DNA of 64,000 bases, taken from assembly GCA_050290185.1 (NCBI GenBank), contig JBNKHE010000005.1:160001-224000 (forward strand). Reading direction: 5' to 3'. This document shows positions 39,496 to 49,619 of this stretch, one piece after another (the stretch's first letter is position 1; each line of letters opens with the position of its first letter). Below the pieces are notes generated by a model. It was not told where the DNA came from, ran no database searches, and worked only from the letters and a program-made list of their open reading frames with translations. The DNA comes from Pontiella sp. (GTDB lineage Bacteria > Verrucomicrobiota > Kiritimatiellia > Kiritimatiellales > Pontiellaceae). Position numbers and translations under genes: made by a program.

Positions 39496-40587
39496 ATGAT
39501 TCCGAAAGACTATATTTCCGACCTGAAAGTATATGAGCCGGGCAAGCCGATTGAAGAGGTCGCACGCGAACTGGGATTTGATGACATCGCCGAAATCGTA
39601 AAAGTCGCATCGAATGAAAACGAACTGGGGCCGTCGCCCATGGCGGTCGAAGCGATGCAGGAAGCCATTTCGGAGATGCACCGATATCCCGACGGCGGCG
39701 CGTTTTATCTAAAGCAAAAACTGGCCGGCAACCTGGATGTCTTGACCAACCAACTGCTTTTCGGCGCCGGCAGCAACGAACTGATTGTATTCCTCGGACA
39801 CGTCTTTCTGGAGGAGGGAACCAACTTGATCATGGGCGCCGAAGCCTTCGCCGTCTATTTTCTCGTGGCTGCCATGTACAACGCCGAAACCATTCGGGTT
39901 CCAATGCCCGCACATGTCCACGACCTCGACGGCATGCTCGCTGCTATCACGCCCGAAACGCGACTGGTGGTCATTTGCAACCCGAACAATCCCTCAGGAA
40001 CGATAGTTACGCCGGAAGCCATCGACACCTTCATTGAAAAGCTTCCCGACCACGTGGTGGCCGTTTTCGACGAAGCCTATTTCGAAGTCATGCCTGAAAA
40101 GATGAAACCCGATGTGCTCAAGCATATCCGGGCCGGCAAGCGGAATATTATCCTGCTGCGCACCTTCTCCAAGGCTTATGGACTGGCCGGCCTGCGCATA
40201 GGCTATGCGATAGGGCATCCCGAGCAGATCGGACTGCTCAATAAAGTGCGCCAGCCGTTCAACGTCAACGGCATGGCCCAGGCCGCCGCCATGGCAGCAT
40301 TAGACGATATTACCCATCTGGTAGAAACCAAGGAAATGGTGGAGCAGGGGATTCAATACTTCGAACGGGAACTGACCGCGCTCGGCCTGGAAACCGTACC
40401 CACCGCCGCCAATTTCATCATGGTCAAGACGGGCAACGGCCGCTCCGTATTCCAGGAACTTCAGAAGCGCAAGGTCATCGTGCGCCCGATGGACCCCTAC
40501 GGCCTGCCGGAACATATCCGTATCACGATCGGCACCCCTGAACAAAACCAGAAAGTTCTCTCGGCACTCCAGGAGGTATTGGCATGA
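39496..40587 (+). CDS. hisC: Histidinol-phosphate aminotransferase
   Basis: ASNEN, YPD, CNPNNP.G, DEAY, RTFSKAYGLAGLRIGY. Confidence 0.93.
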   Translation: MIPKDYISDLKVYEPGKPIEEVARELGFDDIAEIVKVASNENELGPSPMAVEAMQEAISEMHRYPDGGAFYLKQKLAGNLDVLTNQLLFGAGSNELIVFLGHVFLEEGTNLIMGAEAFAVYFLVAAMYNAETIRVPMPAHVHDLDGMLAAITPETRLVVICNPNNPSGTIVTPEAIDTFIEKLPDHVVAVFDEAYFEVMPEKMKPDVLKHIRAGKRNIILLRTFSKAYGLAGLRIGYAIGHPEQIGLLNKVRQPFNVNGMAQAAAMAALDDITHLVETKEMVEQGIQYFERELTALGLETVPTAANFIMVKTGNGRSVFQELQKRKVIVRPMDPYGLPEHIRITIGTPEQNQKVLSALQEVLA

Positions 40588-41213
40588 GCACGCCCTTCGA
40601 GGCAAACGATTTAATCCTTTTCACCGGCGATAGCATTACCGACTGCAACCGAAACAGGAAAGTCCCCGACTCCCTCGGCATGGGCTACGTCGCAATGATT
40701 TGCGGACGGCTGGGGCTCGATCATCCGGAATTGAATCTCAGGTTTCGCAACACCGGCATCAGCGCGGATCGCACCTGCGACCTGCTGAAACGCTGGGACC
40801 GGGACTGCATCGATCTGCAGCCAAACTGGGTTTCGATTCTGGCTGGCGTAAACAATGTCTACTACCGCTATGACCGGAACGATCCGACGCCGGCTGATGT
40901 CTTTGAGTCTGAATACCGCGAGTTGCTGCAACAGATCAAGGACAAGACATCCGCCCGGCTGATCCTCTGTGCACCGTTCCAGTTGCCGATCAACGATTTT
41001 GTAGCCGGCATGCGCGAGGACCTCGAACCAAAGATTGAAGTGATCAAGAAGCTGGCTGGAGAATTCGACGCCATTTGGGTCGATTTCGACGCGGCCTTTG
41101 TCTCCGCCGAGCAGCGCCATATTCCGTCCTACTGGGCCGAAGACGGAGTCCATCCTTCCATCGCCGGCCACGCCCTCATGGCCGAAACCTGGCTCGGCGT
41201 CGTCGGGAAATAA
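40584..41213 (+). CDS. SGNH/GDSL hydrolase
   Basis: GDSIT, N.GIS, G.N, DGVHP. Confidence 0.9.
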   Translation: MSTPFEANDLILFTGDSITDCNRNRKVPDSLGMGYVAMICGRLGLDHPELNLRFRNTGISADRTCDLLKRWDRDCIDLQPNWVSILAGVNNVYYRYDRNDPTPADVFESEYRELLQQIKDKTSARLILCAPFQLPINDFVAGMREDLEPKIEVIKKLAGEFDAIWVDFDAAFVSAEQRHIPSYWAEDGVHPSIAGHALMAETWLGVVGK

Positions 41214-41410
41214 CGAACCTCAAAAGCGCAAAGATCGTTAAGAAAGGGGAATCCCGATTTGCGGATTTGAACCATTCGTTGCGCTTATTGCCTGCTCCGA
41301 AAATTATCTATTCGGGAAATTCTGGCGTCCAAAGTCTCCTATTCCACATCCCGACGATCCAATAATCCGGTCAAAATATGATTATGCTCTTCTTTTTTAA
41401 GCATCCCCGC

Positions 41411-41438
41411 TTGACTCAAAATGTGGAATAAGTACGAT
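41411..41438 (+). promoter_or_regulatory. Sigma70-like promoter for tRNA-Val
   Basis: TTGACT-16 nt-TACGAT, 20 nt upstream of the tRNA. Confidence 0.5.
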
Positions 41439-41458
41439 GTCGGCTCCTTTGAACAAAT

Positions 41459-41535
41459 GGGCGTTTAGCTCAGTTGGCTAGAGCATCTCGTTTACACCGA
41501 GAGGGTCGGCGGTTCGAGCCCGTCAACGCCCACCA
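41459..41535 (+). tRNA. tRNA-Val(TAC)
   Basis: GGGCGTT/AACGCCC acceptor stem, TCTCG-TTTACAC-CGAGA anticodon arm, GGTTCGAG T-loop, encoded CCA. Confidence 0.97.
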
Positions 41536-41541
41536 TTCTTT

Positions 41542-41573
41542 GAGGCTGGAACTTCGGTTTCAGCTTTTTTATT
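41542..41573 (+). terminator. Intrinsic terminator after the tRNA
   Basis: GGCTGGAAC-TTCG-GTTTCAGCT followed by a T-run. Confidence 0.7.
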
Positions 41574-41619
41574 TCCAGCATAATGGACATTCCAGTTTCG
41601 ACGAGTTAACCATCATCTC

Positions 41620-42042
41620 ATAAAAAACATCTTGTTCATTTGCAGCCGTAACAAGTTGCGGAGCCCGACGGCGGAGAAGGTCTTCTATGAGCGGGAAGGG
41701 TGGGATGTGCGGTCGGCAGGACTGGCGAGCAAAGCCCCCAATGACCGTGTTTACTGGCTGGCCAACAGTCTCATGGCAGGCAGTGACTGGATCACCCTGG
41801 AACCGGGGGTTCCGCTGGATTTCGAAGCGATCGTTGGCGAAGGTCCGGGGGGCGAGTTTCACGCTGGACTGCTGGTTGAGGTAAAAGACGAGGAGTACCC
41901 GTTGAACGATCGGGGAACACCGATCTTCCCCATATTTGCGATGAAAAAACCCTCGTGGGAACTGGAGGACACCATATTGGAATATCTCTGGGATGGGGAT
42001 GCCAATGTAACGAAGGTCACGACTATTTTCAGAGACTATTGA
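41620..42042 (+). pseudogene. Chimeric remnant: low-molecular-weight phosphatase N-terminus joined to an unrelated C-terminal fragment
   Basis: ATA in place of ATG, then KNILFICSRNKLRSPTAE..F......V.SAG (C-x5-R loop); similarity ends near 41740. Confidence 0.6.
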
Positions 42043-42053
42043 GGTATGGAAAA

Positions 42054-42830
42054 ATGAGCGAGTTACACTGGCTTAAAATAAAAAAATGCCTATGGAACGG
42101 AATCGCTTTTGTTGCGGCAGCCGTTGTGCTGACGGGCACTTGCGCCTACGGCGAGTCGCGGATATGGACCAGCGCTTCCGGTAAAACCATCGAAGGCGAA
42201 TATCTTTCAAAAGCCTTCGATACCGTATATATATAAAGGATGCCGAAGGCAATGAGATCAAGCTTCCGTTTGAGATGCTCTCCAGAGAGGATCAGTGCTA
42301 TGTCGAGCTCGCCAATCCACCCACCCTCAAAGTGGATTTTCTCGTGTCGGAGAAGCAGGTTTTCTACAAGCCATCACCGCTCTGGGCCGACAACAGCCCC
42401 ATTGCCATCCTAGATTACTGCTTTGGGGCGCGCGTCAAACAGGTAAGCACGACTGATTACCCCCATGAGCTTACCGTCGAAGGGTATGAGTTTTCCCAAC
42501 AGGTCTGGGAGATGGACAACTACCGACTCATCTTCAAGTTTAAGAGCAAGCCGTTCATCCTTACGAAAAAGAAAAACGAATTCGAGTATCAGCATCCTAC
42601 CACCGTGCGTCTCTACAAGATTACGATCGACCAGGTCACAGGCGCCGCGCTCCCCCGTGGCCAGAAGTTTGCGAACAGTCTGGTTATCGTGCGGGACGAA
42701 CGCGGGCAGGTTGTTGCCTACCGGTCTACCGCCAAATGGCTGTACACGTATCTGGAGCGACTTGAAAAGCTTCCGGTAGGAGCCTGATTGAATAATAAAT
42801 GCGTTCGGATTCATCCTGCCAGCCCGCCCC
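42054..42830 (+). pseudogene. SHD1-domain secreted protein with a (TA)5 frameshift
   Basis: Signal peptide, then R.WT..SG..IEG ... LS..DQ.YV; frame break at TATATATATA 42226-42235; TGA at 42785-42787 may also be premature. Confidence 0.65.
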
Positions 42831-42956
42831 CCTACAGACTCGGTTATATGCCGTCGGAATATTGATTCATGCCGAGGAATCCCTCCTTCAGCAGCTCAAT
42901 TATTGAGCCGCGCCGGATTTCATAGACTTCCCAGTAATCCACATATTAAAACGCGA

Positions 42957-43784
42957 TTAATTTGCCCGTGTGATCTGAAACATGCAGATGCTACCGGCGA
43001 TGGCGGCGTTGAGGGATTCGCATTCTTTAGCGAGGGGGATGGTGATTTTCTTTGTGGCAAGCTGCATTAGTTCCCTGCAGATACCATGGGCTTCAGAGCC
43101 AATGACGAGGATGGTTTTTTTGCCGAAGATCGTTTCGTAGAGACCGTCACCATCGTGGCCTGTGGTGGCACAGATGTCGTAGCCATGTTCCCGCAGTTCG
43201 CTGATTTCCACATCACCAACATTCCATATGTTGATAAAGGCAAAGGTACCCATGGTGGAGCGGATTACTTTTGGATTAAACGGTTCCACGCAGTCGCCAT
43301 AGAGCAGGATGCCGTCGAAGCCGGCGCCGACAGCCGAGCGAATCAGTGTGCCGAGATTGCCGGGATCGCGCAGGTTGTCGAGCAGCAGATAGCGGCCAGT
43401 GTCGGGATAGAACTCGAAGGGGCAGGGCGTGTGGCGAACGACGCCAAGAATGCCCTGGGCGTTTTTGACATCAGAGATCTTTTCAAAGATATGGTCGGGC
43501 AGAACAACAAGATCCAATCCCTCAGATCCGCCGGACGAGGACTCCCGGCCTATATCGTCTGTAGACGGTGACACCGACCGAAGGCGCGAATCGTTGCTCC
43601 AATCAGGAGAGACAACCAGTGTTTCGAGCGTATATTGCCGGCTTTCATGACGAAGCAGGGTATCGATTCCTCGCCACCCTTCGATCAGAAAGGTGCCGCT
43701 TTCTTGACGCGCTTTCTTGGAGGTGGCCAGCGCACGCAGCTGTTTGACGAAGGGGTTGGTGGCCGAGGTGATTTCGCGAATCAT
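42957..43784 (-). CDS. TrmH/SpoU family RNA methyltransferase
   Basis: ITS..NP..K, DPGNLGTLIRSA, GSEAHG, ESLNAA. Confidence 0.92.
   Translation of the reverse strand: MIREITSATNPFVKQLRALATSKKARQESGTFLIEGWRGIDTLLRHESRQYTLETLVVSPDWSNDSRLRSVSPSTDDIGRESSSGGSEGLDLVVLPDHIFEKISDVKNAQGILGVVRHTPCPFEFYPDTGRYLLLDNLRDPGNLGTLIRSAVGAGFDGILLYGDCVEPFNPKVIRSTMGTFAFINIWNVGDVEISELREHGYDICATTGHDGDGLYETIFGKKTILVIGSEAHGICRELMQLATKKITIPLAKECESLNAAIAGSICMFQITRAN
43528..43590. repeat. Degenerate REP-like insert within the TrmH gene
   Basis: Minus strand ATAG-GCCGGGA-GTCCTCG-TCCGGC next to plus strand GTAGACGG...; encodes the low-complexity loop SRLRSVSPSTDDIGRESSSGG. Confidence 0.45.
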
Positions 43785-43880
43785 GTATAACTCCATCGGA
43801 TTGGGTAAACTTGATGATGTCGAGGGCTTGGAAATTAGCCGAGGGACAATTAGCATGGCGAGAATTTAACGGAAGAAACC

Positions 43881-44816
43881 ATGATCGATGATGTCCTGTT
43901 GACCCGCCTGCCCGAATCCGCCGTTGTGGTGCCGAATGCTTTCCTGCGCAACTATACCACGTTCAATCTGGGAGGTGCCTGTCCCGCGTTGATTCAATGT
44001 CCAACCGCTGCGGTCTTGTCGGAAACCGCCGCTGTGCTGCTGCATGAAGCAATCGAATTCATTGTGATCGGTCAAGGCTCCAACCTGTTGGTATCAGACG
44101 AGGGCATTCGCAGGGTGGTGCTACGCTATTGTGCCGAAGAGCATCCACAAATTGCCTTTGATGGATGTCGTGTATCTGTATCCGGGAATACCCTGCTTGA
44201 CGATTTGGCGCGCCTTACGATCGATCAAGGGGTGGGGGATGTTTCCTTCTGCAGCGGCATACCGGGAACCGTGGGGGGAGCGATTGCCGGGAATGCCGGC
44301 GCTTTCGGACGGCAGATTGGCGATGTGGTCAAATCGGTTAGGTTGATGGAGCTGGATGGATCGATCAGAGAGGTCAATTCCGACGAACTGATCTTCGAGT
44401 ATCGCTCATCTATGCTGAAGCAAACCGGTGCTGTAGTCCTCGATGCCGAGCTGAAACTGAAACCCTGTGATCGCGAAACCATGCTGAAGGAGCGCGAACG
44501 GATTCTGGAGCTTCGCAACGTAAAGCATCCGGACTGGAAAACGACACCGTGTGCGGGAAGTGTGTTTCGTAATATCGAACCGACCTCTGCGGCGGAGCGG
44601 CGGCAGGCGGCCGGCTGGTTTTTGGAGCAGGCGGGCGCCAAGGGTTTCCATGTCGGAGGAGCTCGTCTTTTCGAGAAACACGCGAATATCATTATTGCCG
44701 GTCCGGAGGCGACCGCTTCCGATGTTTTAAAGCTCTCGGAAAAGATGATTGCAGCAGTCAGGGATAAATTTGGTTTTGAACTGGTTCGGGAGATCAAGCT
44801 GCTGGGAAATTTTTAA
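43881..44816 (+). CDS. murB: UDP-N-acetylenolpyruvoylglucosamine reductase
   Basis: G.GSNLLVSD.G, IPGTVGGAI.GNAGAFG, F.YR.S, AGSVFRN, HAN. Confidence 0.93.
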   Translation: MIDDVLLTRLPESAVVVPNAFLRNYTTFNLGGACPALIQCPTAAVLSETAAVLLHEAIEFIVIGQGSNLLVSDEGIRRVVLRYCAEEHPQIAFDGCRVSVSGNTLLDDLARLTIDQGVGDVSFCSGIPGTVGGAIAGNAGAFGRQIGDVVKSVRLMELDGSIREVNSDELIFEYRSSMLKQTGAVVLDAELKLKPCDRETMLKERERILELRNVKHPDWKTTPCAGSVFRNIEPTSAAERRQAAGWFLEQAGAKGFHVGGARLFEKHANIIIAGPEATASDVLKLSEKMIAAVRDKFGFELVREIKLLGNF

Positions 44817-44947
44817 ACCGTAGAAGACTCGGAACCGAAACGCCGGAATTTTTAAACGAAAACCGCAACGCTCGCAAAGCAGGTCTTTTTTCCGTCCGTT
44901 GCGATCTTGGTATCAATCCATGAGACAGCCTTGTATGGAGGTGAATA

Positions 44948-45901
44948 ATGGAAAAAATACGCATAGGGGTTAGCTCCTGTCTGTTGGGCGAGAAGGTACG
45001 CTACGACGGTCAACACAAGCACGACAGCTATATTACGGGCATTCTGTCGCAGTGGTTCGAGTTTGTGCCGGTCTGCCCTGAATTCGAACTGGGGCTGGGA
45101 GTGCCGCGCGAACCGATGCGTCTGGAGGGCGATTTCGAAAAGCCCAGACTGATGACAAGCAAAACCCGTCGAGACCTCACCGACGCAATGCAGACCTGGT
45201 GCGACAAGCGGGTTCAGGCGCTGGAACTGGAAAACCTGTGCGGTTTTATCTTCAAGAGCAAATCGCCGAGCAGCGGCATGGAGCGGGTGAAGGTCTATCC
45301 GTCCGACGGTGGAATGGCAGCTAATAAAGGCCGGGGTCTTTTTGCCGCCGCTTTCATGGATCATTTTCCCAACCTGCCGGTGGAAGAGGAGGGGCGGTTG
45401 CATGATCCGGCGCTCCGGGAAAACTTTATCGAATGTATTTTTACCCTGAAGCGTTGGCGGGAAATGCTGACCAACGAGTCCACGCGGCGTGGATTGGTGA
45501 AGTTTCACGAGCAGCACAAATACATCCTCATGGCCCACAGCAATCCCTCGTATCGCGAACTGGGCCGGATTGTTTCCGATATGAAGGGGCACCGGCTTGG
45601 ACAGGTTCAGGAGGACTATCACGCGCGGCTGATGCAGGCCCTGAAACTGCGGGCCACCGTAAAAAAGCATGTGAATGTACTGCAGCACATGGCCGGTTAC
45701 TTCAAGAAACAGCTGGATGCGGATGAGAAGCAGGAACTGCAGGATGTCATCGGGAATTATGCGCGCTGCCATGTTCCGCTTATCGTGCCTGTGACCATCA
45801 TCAACCACTACGTACGCAAGTATAAGGAACCGTATTTGAAGAACCAACATTACCTAAAACCGCATCCCATTGAACTTCAGTTGCGCAACCATGTCTATTG
45901 A
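44948..45901 (+). CDS. DUF523 (2-thiouracil desulfurase-like) + DUF1722 protein, YbgA-like
   Basis: SSCLLG..VRYDG, VCPE...GLGVPR, KSPS.G, EEGRL, HK..LMAH, H..GYFK. Confidence 0.88.
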   Translation: MEKIRIGVSSCLLGEKVRYDGQHKHDSYITGILSQWFEFVPVCPEFELGLGVPREPMRLEGDFEKPRLMTSKTRRDLTDAMQTWCDKRVQALELENLCGFIFKSKSPSSGMERVKVYPSDGGMAANKGRGLFAAAFMDHFPNLPVEEEGRLHDPALRENFIECIFTLKRWREMLTNESTRRGLVKFHEQHKYILMAHSNPSYRELGRIVSDMKGHRLGQVQEDYHARLMQALKLRATVKKHVNVLQHMAGYFKKQLDADEKQELQDVIGNYARCHVPLIVPVTIINHYVRKYKEPYLKNQHYLKPHPIELQLRNHVY

Positions 45902-45967
45902 ACCACGACAACGGAGTGCTGGGCTTGATGGTTGATTTGCCCGGATACCTCAATTAGACTTTTGGTG

Positions 45968-47074
45968 ATGGCACACGAAGCAAACATCCAAGGATCCGGC
46001 GATGCCCTTCCAGAGCGACGGAGGAGGGCCAGGGAAGTGCGGCCATTGACGACGGACGAACGGGCGTCGTTTGTCATTCTGGCGCTATACATGACCGCAT
46101 TCTGTATCGCAACCTTCGTCTACTGGGACTCGATGGTGCTGATGATTCTTGGGGCTACGGTCGCCTCGGCGGGGCTCTTTCTTTTTTTTGCAGCCTTTTT
46201 CAACACGGAGGCCCCGGAGCAAAGCAATTCAATACACCCATTGCGTTCGTACCTGATCAGTTTTTTCCTGGTGCTGCTTACCCTTTTTCTACTTCGGTTT
46301 ATCGGAGGACTGATCACCAACTTCATCCTATCGGTCGCGGTGACGTATATTGGATTGCTGGCGGCCCTGATTATCTTTCGCAAAGCCATGGTGCAGGTGA
46401 GTTCGGCCATGCTGGCCCTGGTATTTCTTTTTGTAACCTTTCATAATCTGAACGATATTCTCGCCAAACAAATGGGTTTCAGGGATGCAATCCAGCAATG
46501 CGGGCATGCCATTTTTCAAATCGGGCCCATTCAGGATGTCGCCAATATGCTGCTCGCCGGATCCTATGTGACATACCTGAACCGCATAGACTATCGGAAT
46601 GAACAGATCAACAACCTGGCCGCAAAGAAAGTGGCCTTGCAAAATGACGATGACCGGCGCAAAGCCACCGTCCTGCTCAAATTTGTGAGCAATGAAATTC
46701 ACTATGTGTCCGACCCGGACGATGGGTTTGAATATGCCAAGAATCCCATAGACACCCTGATTGCAGGCGCAGGGGATTGCGAGGATCAGGCCCTGCTTCT
46801 CTGTTCCTTGCTGGAGTCGGTCGGTGTCAAAACCTACATGGCGTTTACCGATGATCATGTCTTTATTCTGGTCCGGTTGTCCAAGCCCTATCCCGACCTC
46901 AAGGTTACCCCCTATGTATACATCGATGACTCGCCCTGCTATGCGCTCGACCCGGCCGATCCGCAGGCGGTCTTCGGAGTTTCCCTGGCATTGCCGCCCC
47001 AGATCAAGCGGATCTTTGACGTGCGTAAAAAAACACTGACGCATTTTTCCGCTATAACGGATGAACAAGAGTGA
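45968..47074 (+). CDS. Membrane protein with a C-terminal transglutaminase-like domain
   Basis: About 5 TM segments; GDCED, H and LD candidate Cys-His-Asp triad. Confidence 0.78.
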   Translation: MAHEANIQGSGDALPERRRRAREVRPLTTDERASFVILALYMTAFCIATFVYWDSMVLMILGATVASAGLFLFFAAFFNTEAPEQSNSIHPLRSYLISFFLVLLTLFLLRFIGGLITNFILSVAVTYIGLLAALIIFRKAMVQVSSAMLALVFLFVTFHNLNDILAKQMGFRDAIQQCGHAIFQIGPIQDVANMLLAGSYVTYLNRIDYRNEQINNLAAKKVALQNDDDRRKATVLLKFVSNEIHYVSDPDDGFEYAKNPIDTLIAGAGDCEDQALLLCSLLESVGVKTYMAFTDDHVFILVRLSKPYPDLKVTPYVYIDDSPCYALDPADPQAVFGVSLALPPQIKRIFDVRKKTLTHFSAITDEQE

Positions 47075-47146
47075 CTTGGCGCTCCCGAGCGCTTTGCTTG
47101 TGCTTCAGGAGCTGTTACATTACCTGCATTGATATAGGAGAAAGCC

Positions 47147-47398
47147 ATGCCGATACGTGAATATGCCGCCACCGATGTTAAGAACTGCTGCGATCATTGC
47201 AGAAACGGTTTCGAGCATGTGGAGTCGATTGATGCAGCGGCCCTTAAAACCTGCCCGCGTTGCGGTGGAAAGGTGGAACGGCAGATGTCCGCGCCAAGCA
47301 TCGGGCGCTCGGAAAGCGGATTACATGACCGGGCCAAAAGTGCCGGCTTTACCACCTACAAGAAATTGAGCAAGGGTGAGTACGAAAAAAAGTATTAG
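47147..47398 (+). CDS. FmdB family zinc-ribbon protein
   Basis: MPI.EY....C..C...FE........CP.CG. Confidence 0.85.
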   Translation: MPIREYAATDVKNCCDHCRNGFEHVESIDAAALKTCPRCGGKVERQMSAPSIGRSESGLHDRAKSAGFTTYKKLSKGEYEKKY

Positions 47399-47406
47399 CG
47401 GATTGA

Positions 47407-49563
47407 ATGGACAAGCTGGACGGTCAGATTGAGCGGGTCGTTTTCCGGAATGAGGAAAACGGCTTTTGCGTATTGCGCGTGAAGGTGCGGGGCCACAAGG
47501 ATCTGGTCACCGTTACCGGCACAACCCCCACCATCAGCGCCGGCGAATGGCTGGCCGCCGACGGCGAGTGGCTGATGGACCCGCGCCACGGACGCCAGTT
47601 CAAGGCGGATAAGATGCGCATGTCGCAACCCGACACCATGGACGGCATCGAAAAATATCTGGCCTCCGGCATGGTCAAAGGTATCGGCAAGGAATATGCA
47701 AAGCGTCTGGTCAAAACCTTCGGACGCGAGGTATTCGACGTTATCGAAAACTCTTCCGGAAAGCTCCTGAAAGTCGAAGGTATCGGTCGGCAGCGGAAGG
47801 ATAATATAAAAAAGGCATGGGACGAACAGAAAAACGTCAGAACCATCATGTCGTTCCTCTTCAGCCACGGAATCAGCACCACGCGCGCGTTCCGCATCCA
47901 CAAGATCTATGGCGATAAGGCCATTGAATTGGTTCAACGCGATCCCTATTGCTTGGCGCGCGACATCCGCGGTATCGGGTTCGTGATTGCCGATCAGATT
48001 GCCATGAAGCTCGGTATCGCAAAAGACTCGGATCTGCGGGCCCGGGCTGGACTGGAATACATGCTGGGCGAACTGACGGCCAGCGGGCATTGTGCGTACG
48101 TTCGCAATGACTTGCTATCACGCACAGCCGAGTTGCTGGACATCGATCTGGCGATCATCGAGCGCGCGTTGAACCATTCCATTGAAAACGATCGGTTGAT
48201 TCTGCGGACGGATTTTCAGGGCAGGGATCTGGTCTACCTGCCCAAACTTTATTTTTCGGAAATCGAACTGGCTAAGAAACTGAAGATCCTTTCCGAGGAA
48301 CGCCATCCATGTCCAGCCATCGATTTCCAGAAAGCGCTGGAGTGGGTACAGAACAAGTCAGGAATTGCCCTGGCCACCGCACAGCGGGAAGCGCTTAAAA
48401 CAGCCATCGAATCCAAGGTGATGGTCATCACCGGCGGGCCGGGTGTGGGCAAAACCACGCTGGTCAATTCGGTACTGATGGTACTGAAAGCCAAGAAGAT
48501 GCGGGTTGCCCTGTGTGCGCCGACAGGCCGGGCAGCCAAACGGATGGCGGAAACCACCGGCATGGAGGCAAAAACCATACATCGCCTGCTTCAATACAAT
48601 CCCGGCACCGGCGGTTTTGTCCATAAAAGCGATAATCCGTTGGAATGCGATGTGCTGATCGTGGATGAATCCAGCATGATCGATATCGTGTTGGCCTCGC
48701 AGTTGATCGACGCGGTTCCATTGCATGCCGCCGTCGTGATTGTGGGCGATGCGGACCAGTTGCCATCCGTTGGTCCCGGCCGCGTACTGCAGGATATCAT
48801 TCGTTCGAAAACAATTCCTGTCGGCCATTTGAGTGAGGTTTTTCGTCAGGCGTCCTCCAGCCGCATCATTACCAATGCACACCGGATCAATCAGGGGCAG
48901 ATGCCTGAATTCCCGGACGACGGGGAAACCAGCGATTGCTATTTCGTTGAAGCCGAAGATCCGGAAAAAGCCCTCCAGCTCATCGGGAAAATGATCAAGC
49001 AGTCAATTCCCGAAAAGTTCCGGTTTGACCCGAAAACCGACATCCAGATCCTGACGCCCATGCAAAAAGGGGAACTTGGCGCCCGCAATCTGAACCAGAC
49101 ACTCCAGCAACTGCTTAATCCAAACGGTAGCGAGGTTGAACGGTTCGGCGTGGTATACAGGGAGGGCGACAAGGTCATGCAGACCGAAAACGACTATGAC
49201 AAGGATGTTTACAACGGAGATATCGGGCGCATTGCCCGCGTTGACACGGAGGCGTGCGAACTGGCGGTGGATTATGATGGGCGCATCGTGATCTACGATT
49301 TCCGGGAGCTGGATGAACTAGTGCTCTCCTACGCCATTACCATTCACAAGAGCCAGGGCAGCGAATATCCCTGTATCGTCATCCCTCTGCATACCCAGCA
49401 CTTTGTACTGCTGCAGCGAAGCCTCATCTATACGGCGATTACCCGCGCCAGACAACTGGTGATTGTGGTCGGCACCAAGAAGGCACTCAATCTGGCCGTT
49501 ACCCGGTCCGAATCGCGCGAGCGTGTCACCACGTTGGCCGAACGCCTCAGGGAATATTCATGA
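47407..49563 (+). CDS. recD2: ATP-dependent RecD2-like DNA helicase
   Basis: HhH N-terminal region, GGPGVGKTT, APTGRAAK, DESSM, GDADQLPSV, TIHKSQGSE, YTAITRA. Confidence 0.95.
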   Translation: MDKLDGQIERVVFRNEENGFCVLRVKVRGHKDLVTVTGTTPTISAGEWLAADGEWLMDPRHGRQFKADKMRMSQPDTMDGIEKYLASGMVKGIGKEYAKRLVKTFGREVFDVIENSSGKLLKVEGIGRQRKDNIKKAWDEQKNVRTIMSFLFSHGISTTRAFRIHKIYGDKAIELVQRDPYCLARDIRGIGFVIADQIAMKLGIAKDSDLRARAGLEYMLGELTASGHCAYVRNDLLSRTAELLDIDLAIIERALNHSIENDRLILRTDFQGRDLVYLPKLYFSEIELAKKLKILSEERHPCPAIDFQKALEWVQNKSGIALATAQREALKTAIESKVMVITGGPGVGKTTLVNSVLMVLKAKKMRVALCAPTGRAAKRMAETTGMEAKTIHRLLQYNPGTGGFVHKSDNPLECDVLIVDESSMIDIVLASQLIDAVPLHAAVVIVGDADQLPSVGPGRVLQDIIRSKTIPVGHLSEVFRQASSSRIITNAHRINQGQMPEFPDDGETSDCYFVEAEDPEKALQLIGKMIKQSIPEKFRFDPKTDIQILTPMQKGELGARNLNQTLQQLLNPNGSEVERFGVVYREGDKVMQTENDYDKDVYNGDIGRIARVDTEACELAVDYDGRIVIYDFRELDELVLSYAITIHKSQGSEYPCIVIPLHTQHFVLLQRSLIYTAITRARQLVIVVGTKKALNLAVTRSESRERVTTLAERLREYS

Positions 49564-49564
49564 C

Positions 49565-49598
49565 AAAAAAAAGCGCCCTCTATAAGAAGGCGCTTTTT
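49565..49598. terminator. Bidirectional intrinsic terminator between recD2 and glgP
   Basis: A8-GCGCC...GGCGC-T5. Confidence 0.75.
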
Positions 49599-49619
49599 AC
49601 AGGAATCCTATTCCTTCTT

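Noticed and set aside
29951..42787. Stop-codon reassignment or readthrough suggested by in-frame stops
   Set aside because: The stops are of all three types (TAG, TAA, TGA), occur with truncations or frameshifts, and intact genes end normally with each; pseudogenisation is simpler
41459..42950. Intact integrative element at tRNA-Val
   Set aside because: No integrase and no duplicated tRNA 3' end noticed; only decayed fragments
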